A DNA stretch of 64,000 nucleotides from Andalucia godoyi And28 (GCA_009859145.1 VRVR01000028.1:250057-314056); one strand, 5' to 3'; positions 44,410 to 56,254 are shown, counted from the first letter of the stretch. The notes: generated by a model from the sequence alone, not told the origin. Translations and numbers: made by a program.

Positions 44410-45126
44410 ATGTCGAAAGGAGGCAGCGGAGAGTCGCATGATGCGGACGAATTTGAGGACGCATATAGGTGCCTGATGGAGATAGGAGAAGAAGCGTTCA
44501 CTGCGAACGCTGCATCGATGACGGAGCCTGTGTCTATGCAGTCGAAGCCTACGATGTTGATTGCACAGAAGCCTAGCGTGTCCGCTGCGCCCCCTGCTAC
44601 TTCCTCCTCGTCCTTGTTTGTTGCTGCCAAGCCGGTGCTGGCTACTGCATCGTCTGTGTCGCAGATGGATAGGTCGTCGATGGGGTCGGCGGCGTCGAGG
44701 CCGGGAACGACGGAAAAGACAGAGACAAGTGCGAAGTCCGAGATATCCAAGAGCATGTCCAAAAAGATTATCAAGAGGGAAATTGCGGGCGCCGAATGGG
44801 AAGACTCATCGCTGCTGGACTTTCCGCCCAACGATTTTCGAATATTTGTGGGAAATCTGGGAATCGAGTGTTCTGATGCGATGCTGACGCAGGCATTCTC
44901 AAGGTTTGCGGGATTTGCCTTGGCCAGGGTGATTCGTGATAAGCACACGGCCAAGTCTAAAGGCTATGGCTTTGTCAGTTTCACGGACGTGAAAGGATTT
45001 CTCGCTGCCATGCGCGACATGAACAATAAGTACGTTGGGTCGAAGCCGGTCATTCTAAAGCGCAGCACCTGGAAGGACAGGATGACGTCTGAGCGAAAGG
45101 CAAGGTCGCATGACCATCCGTACTGA
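44410..45126 (+). CDS. RBM42: RNA-binding protein 42 (RRM)
   Basis: WEDSSLLDF..DFRIFVGNLG..IRDKHTAKSKGYGFVSF..KYVGSKPVILKRSTWKDR. Confidence 0.9.
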   Translation: MSKGGSGESHDADEFEDAYRCLMEIGEEAFTANAASMTEPVSMQSKPTMLIAQKPSVSAAPPATSSSSLFVAAKPVLATASSVSQMDRSSMGSAASRPGTTEKTETSAKSEISKSMSKKIIKREIAGAEWEDSSLLDFPPNDFRIFVGNLGIECSDAMLTQAFSRFAGFALARVIRDKHTAKSKGYGFVSFTDVKGFLAAMRDMNNKYVGSKPVILKRSTWKDRMTSERKARSHDHPY

Positions 45127-45470
45127 TTCGGCCCCCGCACCTTCAGTGCGCGGACAGCACACGCATGTACAGAACATAAACTTTTTTATATGGAAACGTT
45201 TTACGAGAACAACGACGAACACTTTGTTACAGTTCTTGCTATACACACATTCTTTTCCGATCCAATCATTCCCGACATCGTTCACACAACATGCAATCCA
45301 TTTTTCTACGTTCACAAAACACTGGCTAGCACTGATCCTGTTTGCTTCCATTTCTGGCACCTCTTCCCCCCCCTTTGTTCCTCTTCCTGTTGTTGTCCTA
45401 GTTGTGTGCGATACTTGATGTAAAATTCAACTATTCTATTTTTCTTATCAACAATGGCCACCGAATGGTA

Positions 45471-45953
45471 TTACTGGGAGATCTGCTCAAGCGATCGCTC
45501 AGCACACCGGCGAACCTGGCGATTGAATGCTTTTCTGTCAGCATTGTAGATGTGCGCGGCCTCTGGATTTGCCGGAGATGAGCAGTTTGGATCTGTGAGC
45601 AGTGACTGAATTGAAGTGAGGATCGTCGCAACCGAATAGATGGGCGACCACTTGTCCGCAATAATGTCCAAACACAACGAACCATCAGAGTAAATGTTTG
45701 GATGAAACATTTCCGTTGTGAATCGGACCTTGGGCGGCTTTTCTGGGTAGCTGTCGTTGAACGTCAGACGAACAGAGTAAACACCCCCTTCCCACGGAGT
45801 GTCTACAGGACCAAAGATGGTGGCGCCCCACACAAACAAATTCGACTCGGACAGCGGAGAGGCGGAAACACCCTCGGGAGGCTCCGTCTTCATTTGACGA
45901 AGATCCGAGAGAAGACGCAGAATCGCAGGAGATTTACCAGCCGGTGAAGTCAT
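45471..45953 (-). CDS. RAD6: Ubiquitin-conjugating enzyme E2, Rad6/UBE2A type
   Basis: IFGPVDTPWEGG, FHPNIYSDGSLCLDI (active Cys), SIQSLLTDPN.SPAN.EAA. Confidence 0.9.
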   Translation of the reverse strand: MTSPAGKSPAILRLLSDLRQMKTEPPEGVSASPLSESNLFVWGATIFGPVDTPWEGGVYSVRLTFNDSYPEKPPKVRFTTEMFHPNIYSDGSLCLDIIADKWSPIYSVATILTSIQSLLTDPNCSSPANPEAAHIYNADRKAFNRQVRRCAERSLEQISQ

Positions 45954-46448
45954 AACGACGAATAACAGAAGCAAAACGTCCGGAACTACAACGATTATGA
46001 TACCAGAACGAGAAAACTAGACAAGAAGAGGAAATTGACTTCAAACTAAATAAAAATGCGGACGAGAAATTGGCGCTGCTGGAGTTTGACGGAGATGCTC
46101 GTTTGTTTTCAAACACACACTTGGAGACCCTGGAGTTCCTCAAGTCTGGCAATTTTGCTGCTGGTAGCGTAGCATCGAGGCGTCAATTATGTGCGAAGCC
46201 GGTCCTTTCTCTCCTCCCCCCCCTTTTGTCGACCATTCTCGATTGTTTCACAAAAGAGTGCATTGGGTCCCGCCTCTTTTGTTGCCCAGAAGCACAGGTT
46301 TCCTCCCTGCGATGAGGGGAATCGAAGAAAATTCAAAATTAAAAGGACGTCAGAAACGAAAAGAAAAAAAAAGAAAGAAAAAAGAGGAGGAAGGAAAAGA
46401 TTTTGCTTTGCGGTTTCTTCTGTGCTGGATAATGGATTAGTGGTGAAG

Positions 46449-48263
46449 ATGTTCACGTCGAAGCAGTACACGTCGACCGATCCGATTGACAATATAAGGA
46501 TCCGGGTTAGGCTGAACCTTATTGAAAAGGGAAGCCAAGGAAACGAATCCAAAGTATCAAAGTGGATTTCGCAGCTGCAGGAGTTTTTGGAGACTGGGGA
46601 CGAAAGCCTGATTGAGGACAACAACAGTGCTACCGAGCCGCTGCTACCGACGTCAGAGGATCATGATGCCGGAAGCTCGTCCAAGGGAACTGGGCGAAGA
46701 CAGCCGCCGCCTTCCGATGACGATGGGTTGTTTGGACACGATTTGGTCGAAGAGCGCGTCATCCTGTGGCAAGAAAAGATCTTCTCGAAAGGAGAAATCC
46801 ACATGTACAAGTCTCTCGAGTCTCCGAAAGACGGAAAGGAAAAGTTGTATGCTGAAGAGATTCGAGCGGGGGTCCCGGCGTCACGGTGCGGAAAGTCATT
46901 GTTTACGTACGTGGATAAGGATCATTTTGAAGATCCGTTGTTTGGGGAAGGTCTCACGGATGCTGAAATCGACGCGCCGTCTCCCGTTGTTTCCAAGGCC
47001 GAGCTGCGGTCGCGCGTGTTGACCAATGTGGCTGCAGATGTTCACACGATGTATCTCATGGCGTATTTCGAGTACGATATGGATTTGGATCCCAATTCTC
47101 CGGAATATAAGGATCTCATGCGGGAAGAACAGGAGGCGAGGGCCGCTGGTGCAATGGCGCAGCCTGGGTCAGATGAGCAATTCGAGTCCCGGAAGAAGCG
47201 AAGGGTCTCGGAGGAAGTCGTGTTGTGCCGCTTGGTAGACAATCGAGATGGATCGTTCGTTGCTCGCCCGGGATTCCACCCATCGTGGTCGCCCATGGCA
47301 AAGTCTGGTCTTCCAGTGGGCCCGCAGCTGACCGACTTCTATCGATTCTACTTGAAGAATGGCGACATATATGAGTATAACATCACCATTGCCAACACGC
47401 GACCCAAGGGCGATGAGTTGCAAGACGAGTTTGCCCGGATGCGTGTCGTGCAAGAGCTTGCAGAGTCCAAGCTTGCCATGCGAGCGAACATGATCCCCTC
47501 CGAATTCACGCACATTTCGCCAGATCAGCAGTTGACGAGACTGCATGTCATGGGAGAAATTGTAAGCGCCCGAAACTTTGGGTCGCCATCGTTCGTCTAT
47601 GTGCAGTATCTGTTTGAATATGATTCGGAGAGTTGGGACGTTCTGCATCCCGAGAGTGCGGTGATCACCGGGTCTTCGCACCTTTCCGCACCTCTGCGTG
47701 ACGTGTCTCTGATAGGGTTTCCATTTTCCGTGTCCTTCCAGTCCAAGATCCCGCCGAACGCACAAGCTGGAACGCCCACCGTTTTCTTGTCCTGGCCCCG
47801 AATTTTGTTCCAGGTCTCAACCGTGGATCGTCTGAACCGCCACCGAATCGAAGGGTATGGCTACATTAACGTGCCTTTTGGATCCTCCTGCAGTGTCGAT
47901 ACGGTTTCGACTTGGAGACCTCGTGGCAAAGTCACGATGCAAATGAAGTCTTTTCTTCTCGGGGGCTCTTCGGAGCTTCGTGATCCGCACTATGTATCCG
48001 TTCCGACGGCACACAGCGGGTCGTCGCTCGCAAAGTACGGATTCTATACCGAGCCTTCTGGTGAAATCCAGGTGAGAGTGAACACTGCGACTCAGTCGTC
48101 CGATGCCCTGCGACGGCTCCTTGCATCACGGTTTGCAGGTGCAACGGGCCCTTCCAAGACGTTTCCGTTTCGCTCTGCAGCGACTCCTGACCAGATCGCC
48201 GGTTCCTTTCGCAGAAACCGCAGGAGCCGGAAGAAAGCAGAGGAGGAAAAGAAAGACGACTAG
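46449..48263 (+). CDS. MKS1: Meckel syndrome type 1 protein (B9/C2 transition-zone protein)
   Basis: N-terminal YTSTDPIDNIRIRVRL, ILWQEKIFS; B9 domain with WPRILFQV..DR.NRHRIEGYG, TWRP. Confidence 0.9.
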   Translation: MFTSKQYTSTDPIDNIRIRVRLNLIEKGSQGNESKVSKWISQLQEFLETGDESLIEDNNSATEPLLPTSEDHDAGSSSKGTGRRQPPPSDDDGLFGHDLVEERVILWQEKIFSKGEIHMYKSLESPKDGKEKLYAEEIRAGVPASRCGKSLFTYVDKDHFEDPLFGEGLTDAEIDAPSPVVSKAELRSRVLTNVAADVHTMYLMAYFEYDMDLDPNSPEYKDLMREEQEARAAGAMAQPGSDEQFESRKKRRVSEEVVLCRLVDNRDGSFVARPGFHPSWSPMAKSGLPVGPQLTDFYRFYLKNGDIYEYNITIANTRPKGDELQDEFARMRVVQELAESKLAMRANMIPSEFTHISPDQQLTRLHVMGEIVSARNFGSPSFVYVQYLFEYDSESWDVLHPESAVITGSSHLSAPLRDVSLIGFPFSVSFQSKIPPNAQAGTPTVFLSWPRILFQVSTVDRLNRHRIEGYGYINVPFGSSCSVDTVSTWRPRGKVTMQMKSFLLGGSSELRDPHYVSVPTAHSGSSLAKYGFYTEPSGEIQVRVNTATQSSDALRRLLASRFAGATGPSKTFPFRSAATPDQIAGSFRRNRRSRKKAEEEKKDD

Positions 48264-48419
48264 CGGGCATTCACTCAGGCAAGAATACACGCATTATAAT
48301 GTACATGGTTTCTTTTTAATACAAACATAAAACAGAGAAGAAAATGACGATAATTGTGACGACGACGATGGCGGCGTAAATGGAGAAAGGGTCATGATAG
48401 CACCAAACCAAACGATGCG

Positions 48420-48839
48420 CTATGCCATCAGATGCTTCCTTGCAGCCGTTCGCACCCTATTGTCAAATGAGCCACTTCGAATGGGCTCATTCCGCAGGTA
48501 TCCATAGAAGGGATTCAGCAAAATCTTGAGAAAAGACTCGTGGATCTCCACAAAAAAATTCTTGATCGCATCATCCATGTTCTTGGACGCCTCATACAGC
48601 ACGAGAAATCGGGCACCGGACGCAGTAACGTATGCACTCACTGCGAATTCGTTGAACTTGTCTACTTGCTTGAGATGCATGGAAGATGTGGTCCACTGCT
48701 GCTCGTCAACCATGTCCAACGCTGCGTGCACTACAAACTGATGCAGCTGCGTCACCGTTTCCGGCATCCCGCGCAGCGACGCAGTGACATCCAGCTCGTA
48801 TAGTGGAGCGTCTGACGGCGATACAATGACAAAATACAT
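48420..48839 (-). CDS. TRAPPC2: TRAPP subunit Trs20/sedlin
   Basis: YFVIV..D.PLYE, QFVVHAALDMVDE, LKQVDKFN, VSAYVTA, NPFY, FDNRV. Confidence 0.95.
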   Translation of the reverse strand: MYFVIVSPSDAPLYELDVTASLRGMPETVTQLHQFVVHAALDMVDEQQWTTSSMHLKQVDKFNEFAVSAYVTASGARFLVLYEASKNMDDAIKNFFVEIHESFLKILLNPFYGYLRNEPIRSGSFDNRVRTAARKHLMA

Positions 48840-49375
48840 TTTGCTCCTCTTTTCTTTCTCAACCTTGTCCTCTGTTCCTTCGGCCTCAACAAGCTGTTGA
48901 GGAAAATCGATTCAAAAAGGAGGGAAGTAGGAGGGGGGAGGGGGAACAGAAACAGAAACAGAAACAGAAAAAGAAAAAGAAAAAGAAAAAGAAAAAGAAA
49001 AAGAAAAAGAAGGAGAACAAACTCGGAAATATAGTTAGCGAGCAGCTGTAATCCCTCACTCAGGCCGCAGCACAAGTCGACGGTGTCCGACAAAAAGAAA
49101 CTGCAGTTGACGCTTGGTGCCATAGGACACCGTTACTCTGCTGTGTGCTGCTTCCTCTCCTTTCCTCCCTCCCTCTGTTTCTGTCGACCATTATTAATGC
49201 TGTTTTTTCTTTCATCTTTTTCCTTTTCTGTTCTCGCGGAACAGTGAACACCAACAAAAACCACCAAAAACCACCAAAAAACGCAGCCTCCCTTTCTCAT
49301 TCTTGTAAAGTTGGCTTGTAGGGTACGAAAAGGAAGGAAAAGAAGGGGGAAAAAACACGTAATTCGGAAAATAGT

Positions 49376-51505
49376 ATGGATTCGTTTGATACGACATCGA
49401 GTCTTGCTGCCGTGTTGGAGCAGCATGAAGCATCGTTTCGGGCCTTGTTGCAAACAAAGGATGCAAAGATTCATGAGCTGGAAAATGCACTACAGTCGAA
49501 GGACGGAGAGCTTGCAGAGTCGCGACGCAAGTTCAAAAAATTGCGAGAAGATTTCGAATATAATTACACTTTGCTTCGAGACAGGGATGCAGAACTTGAG
49601 CGATATGATTCCATGTTTGATGTGTACAAGCGGACGATCAAGGACCGGGACGCTGAAGTGTCTGAGCTGAAGATTCGGTTGTCGGATGCGGAAGCGAGGT
49701 TCAGGAAGCAGCTTGAATCACGGGACGCCGTGCTGGAGGAATCGCACAGACGGCACACGCTGGAAATGCAGGAGAGGTTCGATCAGGAATTGAAAAGACA
49801 GAAGCTGTCTTTAGAAGCACAGACAGAGAATCAGTTGGCCGAGTTGCAAGCGCGGTTGCAGACATCTCATCTGCGGGAAATCAGCGAACTGCAATCCAAA
49901 CTAGAGGCATCGCGGAACCACGATGTTACGGAGTTGGCCAATCATCATCATGCAAAACACAGTCGGGAACTTGCGGATTTACGAGATCAGCTCAGTCGGG
50001 ATCATCAGGCGGAGATGGACAAGGCGCGATTGTCGATAGAGCAGCATCACAGACAGGAATGTCGAGAGCTTCAGATGAAATTGGAGGCACAGTGTGCTCA
50101 GCAGCTGAGCGATCTTCGAGCGCAGCATAGAACCGATCTTTCACGGGCATTGTCAGAATCGCAGGCGCTTGCGGAAGGAAGATTCTCCAAAGAAAAATCC
50201 GAATTGGAGGCTTCTTTTCTTCGCAAATTTGAAGAATTGAGGGAGGAATTGCTGGAGTCGAATTCACGACAGCTCTCGGAGATGCGTGCGCGTTTGGAGT
50301 CGAGTCATGGTCTGGATATTGCAGACGTCCAGATGAAATTCGAGTCGATGAGAAACAAGGAGCTCTCCGAATTTCGAACGAAAATCGAACTGGCGCATGC
50401 CAAGGAATTATCGGAGATGCGAGGCAAGCTGGAGATCGAAGTGCAGAAGAGCGCGAGGCTGCAGCACGATATTCAGAATGCAGAAAGAGTGGAACGGGAA
50501 TTGAGGTCGGAGATGCTGCAGATCCGCATTGACTCTGAAAAGGAGTACGAAATCAGCCGAATCAACCAGGCGCGGGAATATGAGCAGCAGATCCAACAAC
50601 TGTGCAGACAAAAAGACAGCCTGGATGCTCTATTGAAAGATACTCAGCGACGGTTGCTGGAGTCACAAAATGAAATTCTGCGTCGATCTCGTGCCCCTGC
50701 TGTCCAGCAGCAAAGTTTCGGCTCTCCGCTTCCAGAAATCGAGATGCCAGACGTCAGATTTTCCTCCGATTCATCAGCTCTGTTCATGGCGAACAACGAG
50801 ACTTTGAAAGATCAGCTGTCCCGCGAGAATTCCGATCTCAAGCGGCAGATTGAGCAAAAGGATGAACAGTTGTCGACCCTGCGATCAACTGTGCGGACCA
50901 TGCGGGAGGAAATGGAGAGGATCTCGCAGCAGCTGTCCGTGCCACCACCGATTGACGAGGAGAGTCGACGCCAACTGCAGGTGTGTCAAGACAAGTTGCG
51001 AAAATACCAAGAGCACTATGGAAAAGTTCGAAAGGAGAACAAATCACTGCGGGAGCGACTGCACGAAGCAGTCAAGGATTTGAAGCGCCTGATGAACGAG
51101 CGGGAGCAGCTATTGGATCTCTCCAATACCCTAAAAGCCATGAACAATCGCATAACGGTGGACGGAAGTGTTACGATGATGCATCCGCTCGCATATCCAA
51201 CTGCGGCGTCTTCAGCGCAGAGCGTACCAACAGCAAAACAAGAATCCCCTTCGTCCTCTCGTTCCGCTTCTCCAGAGCCGCTGTCGAACTTGCATTCTGG
51301 TGGGGATCTGTTGACGTTTGAAACTCGCAGAAAGCTGGATGCAGCTCGGCACTCGTTGGAACTTTCGGGGGCACATGCAGCCATGCTTCCTCGCCCGGAA
51401 TCGGCATCTATGTCCGCTCGAACTCTGGAGAGCCAGAAAAAGTTCATCGGCAGACGAAAGAGTCCAACGAAAATCCGAAACTGGAATCAAAAAGAAGATA
51501 AATGA
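49376..51505 (+). CDS. CCDC57: Coiled-coil domain protein 57-like (centrosomal)
   Basis: LREDFEYNYTLLRDRDAELERYD N-terminal signature; LMNEREQLLDLSNTLKA near the C-terminus. Confidence 0.8.
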   Translation: MDSFDTTSSLAAVLEQHEASFRALLQTKDAKIHELENALQSKDGELAESRRKFKKLREDFEYNYTLLRDRDAELERYDSMFDVYKRTIKDRDAEVSELKIRLSDAEARFRKQLESRDAVLEESHRRHTLEMQERFDQELKRQKLSLEAQTENQLAELQARLQTSHLREISELQSKLEASRNHDVTELANHHHAKHSRELADLRDQLSRDHQAEMDKARLSIEQHHRQECRELQMKLEAQCAQQLSDLRAQHRTDLSRALSESQALAEGRFSKEKSELEASFLRKFEELREELLESNSRQLSEMRARLESSHGLDIADVQMKFESMRNKELSEFRTKIELAHAKELSEMRGKLEIEVQKSARLQHDIQNAERVERELRSEMLQIRIDSEKEYEISRINQAREYEQQIQQLCRQKDSLDALLKDTQRRLLESQNEILRRSRAPAVQQQSFGSPLPEIEMPDVRFSSDSSALFMANNETLKDQLSRENSDLKRQIEQKDEQLSTLRSTVRTMREEMERISQQLSVPPPIDEESRRQLQVCQDKLRKYQEHYGKVRKENKSLRERLHEAVKDLKRLMNEREQLLDLSNTLKAMNNRITVDGSVTMMHPLAYPTAASSAQSVPTAKQESPSSSRSASPEPLSNLHSGGDLLTFETRRKLDAARHSLELSGAHAAMLPRPESASMSARTLESQKKFIGRRKSPTKIRNWNQKEDK

Positions 51506-51524
51506 CAGAGTTGTTCGTTAATAT

Positions 51525-54500
51525 TTATGTCCTCCCAATTCGTTTGTAGGCTTCCAGCAAATCGACAAAACTCTGCTGCAAGACTTCGTGCAGGCCTCGG
51601 TTCTCGGCAGGGCAAACGCGATTCTCTAATCGTAGGGCGTTCTCACAAACAACGAAAAACGAGTCGAGCTGCGAGCGCAGAGCAGCAAGTTTGACGGCAT
51701 CGAAGGACGTGCCCGGTTTCTGAAGAAAGGCCTTCACAATCTCAAGAATTCCCCCATTGACAGCAGCCATGACCGAACCTTGCAAAGCGAGCTGAAGAGC
51801 ATTGACATCTGGCGGCTCAACAGAAACTGCGCGCAGGGCTTCGATTCGACTTCGAACAATATCACACGAGTTCTCAACAGGATCCATAACTTCCTCGGAG
51901 ATCCTGCAAATCCGCAGGCGGCACTTCACGCTCGGAAAGCTAGTTTCCGGATACAGCGTGAACTTCATTCTCCACTGTCCAGACAAGTCAGAGCTGTAAG
52001 GATGTGCAAAATCCGCAGTGCCGTCTGGCTTACGGGTGAATGACTGTTCGATTAAGAACGACGAGACGGAACCGTTCGCGTATGACGCATTCCGCTTCGT
52101 CGTCGAGTACAGAGGCTGGATTGTAGAGATGTACAACGCAAGAGAGCCAGAAAACGAAGACGGCACGTCCAGGAAGGAGTCGTACCGAGCCGTGAAAATG
52201 GTACGATCGGGATACATCGCTGTCAGCATGCTCTTGAATTCTCCCACCCGCACAACCTTTGAAAACTTCACGATAAAATCGTTTTCCGTTTCCCACTTGC
52301 CCAATTCTCCTCTACGTACCATCGTCAATCTGTAGTACGTCGCGAGAAAACGAGGCAACCGAGGATTGACCGCATCCGCAGTCGTGATCATGCTGGACAG
52401 AATCGATGGAGCAAAATTCAATTCACACCGTGCTTCGTATATGAGCACAACAAGCTTCTGCAGCGCAAAGGAAAACTCGAACACATTCTCTTTTTCAAAG
52501 TATGCGGCGGCGCGATGAAGAAATGGAATGAGCGTTTCCGGCGTGTTCTGGAAAATTCCAACAAAGCGCAGACTCTCTGGATGCGTGGCAGAGATCTTCA
52601 CCCACAAGTCCTGATTTCTCTGCGTTTCCCACGGACAGCAAAGATTTGAAAGACACTGTTCGAAATAGCGAATAAACGACTCATGCGACGGATCGGAATT
52701 CCTCGGGGCTCCTTGCATGAACAACATAATCATCCTGCAAATGGAAAGCACCGCCTGGGCGGCCTCGGCGTAATTTCCCCTCTCGAGATGGTGATACGAA
52801 AGATTATCAAGCCAGATTGCCAGTTGGTCCGGCGCATGCCCCAGGGATTCGATCGTTCGAACGAAGACTTCTTCCACATCCCAGGGCACCGAGTGCTTTG
52901 CGGAGATAGCACGGTGAACGTCAATTGCGTTCTTGGCAATTTCATCGACTCGAGAAGCCAACGTGTTGAATTCACTCACGAAGCCAGGATCCAATTCCGA
53001 CAGCTGGATTGTTTGGAGACGCAAAATAGCGGACGTCAACGAATCTGCATTCAGAAACGACGCCACATGAGAAATAGACCAGGTCATCTGAGACAAGGAA
53101 GCATCAAATGAATCAAAGATCGAAAAATGGTACTGCAGCAGCGAAAACCAGCACGTTGTTGCCGCGTTTTGCACGTTCGCAGACGGGGAACAAGAATTCC
53201 AAATAAGGGTCGAGTACATATCTTCCGAAACATGGTAGTCCACATCGAACTTTCCCTGCGCCATAAAATCCACAATCCCATTGAGGCACACGATCGACTG
53301 CGTACAGGTGTCGCAGTTGCGAGCCGAATTAACAAGCGCCAACAGAATAGATAACCATGGCGCACTAATCTTTCCTTGTACTTGCAAATGGTGCTTCAAG
53401 AACAGAACCGAAAACCTCTGCAATACGCAAGACAGCGAAATGATCCCAGCACCCAAATCTTGAGAATTCGCTATTTCTTGCGACGACACGGCGGTCTTCA
53501 TTTGCATAAGATCTGCTTCGATTCGTGAATGGAACACCGGCGCTTCATTTTCCGGCAGGTGTTTGTCGAATTTTCCACAAACGAATGTCGCGCATGCCCT
53601 TTGGCAAATTTTTAGCACTGCTGTCATATCGACTTTTTGATTAAAGAAGACGTGGCTCAAAAGGCGGTCGTCCATAAATCCGAAAACTCGAACGCACACT
53701 AGCACGACCTGCATCAGCAAATCCGCTTGGAGAATGGTTTCAAGGACATGGTAATTGGACAACAGACAATTCAAAATAGGATACAGCATTTGCGACACCG
53801 AGTTCTGAAACTGCGAAGGCAGGGAAGCGATGCGCAGTTCAAGGAACGACACGCACTTGTACAAACAGGCAATTGCTTCGGTCTTCACAGAAATAGAGGA
53901 GCTTTGGACAAGTTCCAAAATCCTGCCCAGCACACATCCAGAGAGAAAGCACATGGACAGCCATGACTGCGGGTCAACATCCAGCGCAAACGGGCGAGGG
54001 AGAGAGAGCGCAAAGACGAAAGGAGTTGTAAAGATTCGACAGCAGAAGGACAAACAAAGAGTGGTATTCGAAAACGCGGAAATGACCGATCGAACAATTC
54101 CAATCCAGCGATCAACAGCATTCAGATTCGACACCAGCGCCGAATACATTAATCGAAACAGATTTTCAACACACAGTTCCGATCGGCAATAGTATTCGCT
54201 GATCAGTCTCAGACAGTCAGGAAAAGCAGACAGCATAACGCAGTTTGGAATGAGAATAACAAGTTTTTGCATCAAATGCATCAAAAATACGAGACCCTTC
54301 TCAGAAACACAAGACGGCTGCGCATCCTTGGATTTTCGTAGCAACATCTTCACATTGAGCAAGAATTGGTCGAGAAACTGAGTATCCCACTTGCTTTCGT
54401 CAAACCAAAAGTCCACATAGCTTTCGAGTATATACTTTGGAAGTAGAACGCAAATTTTCATCAGCAGCTCTAGACCTTTCGGATCCTTCCACGCCAAGAT

Positions 54501-56138
54501 CAAATGATCCGCCACCACATTGAAATGCGAAATTGTTTCGAATTTGGAAAGAGAAGAAAATCCAGCCATGTCAAACTGCTGCGAGGTGCTGCTACTTAGG
54601 ATCGATCGCAACACGCAATCGCTTGGGTAAATGGAAGAGAATGCGTTCAATCGAACCTTGAAACAAGGACGGGCATCGTCGAGCCACCGATACCTCGACA
54701 TGGAAGTGGGACTGAGGTATGTCGACTCGGCAAATCCGGATTTCACCACCGGAAGTTCAAACACCCCGGAGGAAATATTTCCACTCCCGTCGAGAAGAGG
54801 AAGAAAAGCAACACCAACTAGGGTAATGCGATCTTCATCCGAAAGCTTTGGGTTGTCAGTCTTGCAATTCACGTGAAAGAACCGGAACAGCAAATGGTGC
54901 TTTGGATTCGGGCATCCAGGAAGCTGCAGACTGGCCTCTCCATGGAACTGCGGATTTCGGCAGTGGTAGCTGCAGTGCGAGAGCCACTCATTGGATCCCT
55001 TCCCAGGGAATGTCGCGTCGTCCGCTTGCAAACACAGAGAAACCACGATGTTTCGGACATTTCCTTTCAAATCCCAAGCGGAAAAATCTGCAGAAATCGG
55101 AGACACGTGCATGTGATGTCGCAATACACTCCACGAGAGATGCGGTGCGACTTCTTCTTGCAGAACAAACAGAGATCGATCCGATACCGGGAATGGATTG
55201 TGCGACTCCACTTGACTCACAAACAGCGTCGATGAAACCGGAATCGCCACTTCCGACGAAATAGAAACCGGGGAATTGGAGAACTTGTGCATCTCCTGAA
55301 GAAATCCTGAATCTTGGTAGTCAAGACAGTCTTTGAACAGCATCCACACGTCCCTCGCATAAACGCCAGGCGTGAGAGGAGCAAATGACCAGCAAAGCGG
55401 CTGGCTGAACCAGTGATTTTGTCCATTGCACGTAACGCAATTTAAAATCGATCGAAAACGCTGCACATCAGAATCACTGATCTCATCCGGATGCGAAAAC
55501 GCGTTGACGTGGATGGAATCCGTTCCAACCAACGGCTTGCACAGTGTCAAAACGACGAATAATGAATCTGTGTATTCATATGGCAGACACACATCGACGC
55601 TGCATAAGTATCCAGAACACGATCCTTCTAGAGGAAATGTTTTCCAAGTAGTAATCCGCTTTCCCAACTGCATGTCAAAGACCGCCACGTCCGCGTGGAC
55701 ATTGTGCAGCTCACCGAACCGCGAAAGGAAAACAGGATTTAGGTCGGTGATATCTATGGAGAACAGCCGATATCGTTTGGAATCAGAATTACCGTATGAG
55801 TACTTGAGTGTGAACGGAGCGCCTGGCAGCTGCTCCGAGTTCTCGGCATGGGCGAGTGGAAACGCGTGCATAAAGGCATTCTCGCGTGAATCAGCCGATT
55901 CCTTGTAGTGCAAGAACTCCAGCTTGCGACGCGGTACATTGAAGAACTTTGAAAGTCTGGACATCAGCAAGCGGTCTTCTCGATAGTCCAAAAGCGAGTC
56001 TGAAGCAGGGGCCGGACTCTGGAGGTACCCATAATTGTACTCGATTCGATACACCTCGGACTCTTCCGGAAGCCTGAAAACAGGGCCCGCGCTCGAACAA
56101 TCTTCAATCAATTTTTGCTGCAAAGAATCGAAACTCAT
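51525..56138 (-). CDS. DOCK-C/D (zizimin-type) GEF with C2/DHR1 and DHR2
   Basis: PNPKHHLLFRFFHVNCK (DHR1), H...GNYAEAAQ, RFLATYYR, DPVENSCD, LQLALQGSVMAAVNGG. Confidence 0.92.
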   Translation of the reverse strand: MSFDSLQQKLIEDCSSAGPVFRLPEESEVYRIEYNYGYLQSPAPASDSLLDYREDRLLMSRLSKFFNVPRRKLEFLHYKESADSRENAFMHAFPLAHAENSEQLPGAPFTLKYSYGNSDSKRYRLFSIDITDLNPVFLSRFGELHNVHADVAVFDMQLGKRITTWKTFPLEGSCSGYLCSVDVCLPYEYTDSLFVVLTLCKPLVGTDSIHVNAFSHPDEISDSDVQRFRSILNCVTCNGQNHWFSQPLCWSFAPLTPGVYARDVWMLFKDCLDYQDSGFLQEMHKFSNSPVSISSEVAIPVSSTLFVSQVESHNPFPVSDRSLFVLQEEVAPHLSWSVLRHHMHVSPISADFSAWDLKGNVRNIVVSLCLQADDATFPGKGSNEWLSHCSYHCRNPQFHGEASLQLPGCPNPKHHLLFRFFHVNCKTDNPKLSDEDRITLVGVAFLPLLDGSGNISSGVFELPVVKSGFAESTYLSPTSMSRYRWLDDARPCFKVRLNAFSSIYPSDCVLRSILSSSTSQQFDMAGFSSLSKFETISHFNVVADHLILAWKDPKGLELLMKICVLLPKYILESYVDFWFDESKWDTQFLDQFLLNVKMLLRKSKDAQPSCVSEKGLVFLMHLMQKLVILIPNCVMLSAFPDCLRLISEYYCRSELCVENLFRLMYSALVSNLNAVDRWIGIVRSVISAFSNTTLCLSFCCRIFTTPFVFALSLPRPFALDVDPQSWLSMCFLSGCVLGRILELVQSSSISVKTEAIACLYKCVSFLELRIASLPSQFQNSVSQMLYPILNCLLSNYHVLETILQADLLMQVVLVCVRVFGFMDDRLLSHVFFNQKVDMTAVLKICQRACATFVCGKFDKHLPENEAPVFHSRIEADLMQMKTAVSSQEIANSQDLGAGIISLSCVLQRFSVLFLKHHLQVQGKISAPWLSILLALVNSARNCDTCTQSIVCLNGIVDFMAQGKFDVDYHVSEDMYSTLIWNSCSPSANVQNAATTCWFSLLQYHFSIFDSFDASLSQMTWSISHVASFLNADSLTSAILRLQTIQLSELDPGFVSEFNTLASRVDEIAKNAIDVHRAISAKHSVPWDVEEVFVRTIESLGHAPDQLAIWLDNLSYHHLERGNYAEAAQAVLSICRMIMLFMQGAPRNSDPSHESFIRYFEQCLSNLCCPWETQRNQDLWVKISATHPESLRFVGIFQNTPETLIPFLHRAAAYFEKENVFEFSFALQKLVVLIYEARCELNFAPSILSSMITTADAVNPRLPRFLATYYRLTMVRRGELGKWETENDFIVKFSKVVRVGEFKSMLTAMYPDRTIFTARYDSFLDVPSSFSGSLALYISTIQPLYSTTKRNASYANGSVSSFLIEQSFTRKPDGTADFAHPYSSDLSGQWRMKFTLYPETSFPSVKCRLRICRISEEVMDPVENSCDIVRSRIEALRAVSVEPPDVNALQLALQGSVMAAVNGGILEIVKAFLQKPGTSFDAVKLAALRSQLDSFFVVCENALRLENRVCPAENRGLHEVLQQSFVDLLEAYKRIGRT

Positions 56139-56254
56139 CTTTCCTGGCGGAAACACGGGAGCAGGGGGGACCAGGGAAAATATGTAGAAAAAAAAAAAAA
56201 ACAGTGGGAATAATGCAGAAAGAGGAAGGAAGGAGATGAGGGACGGGAGATAGA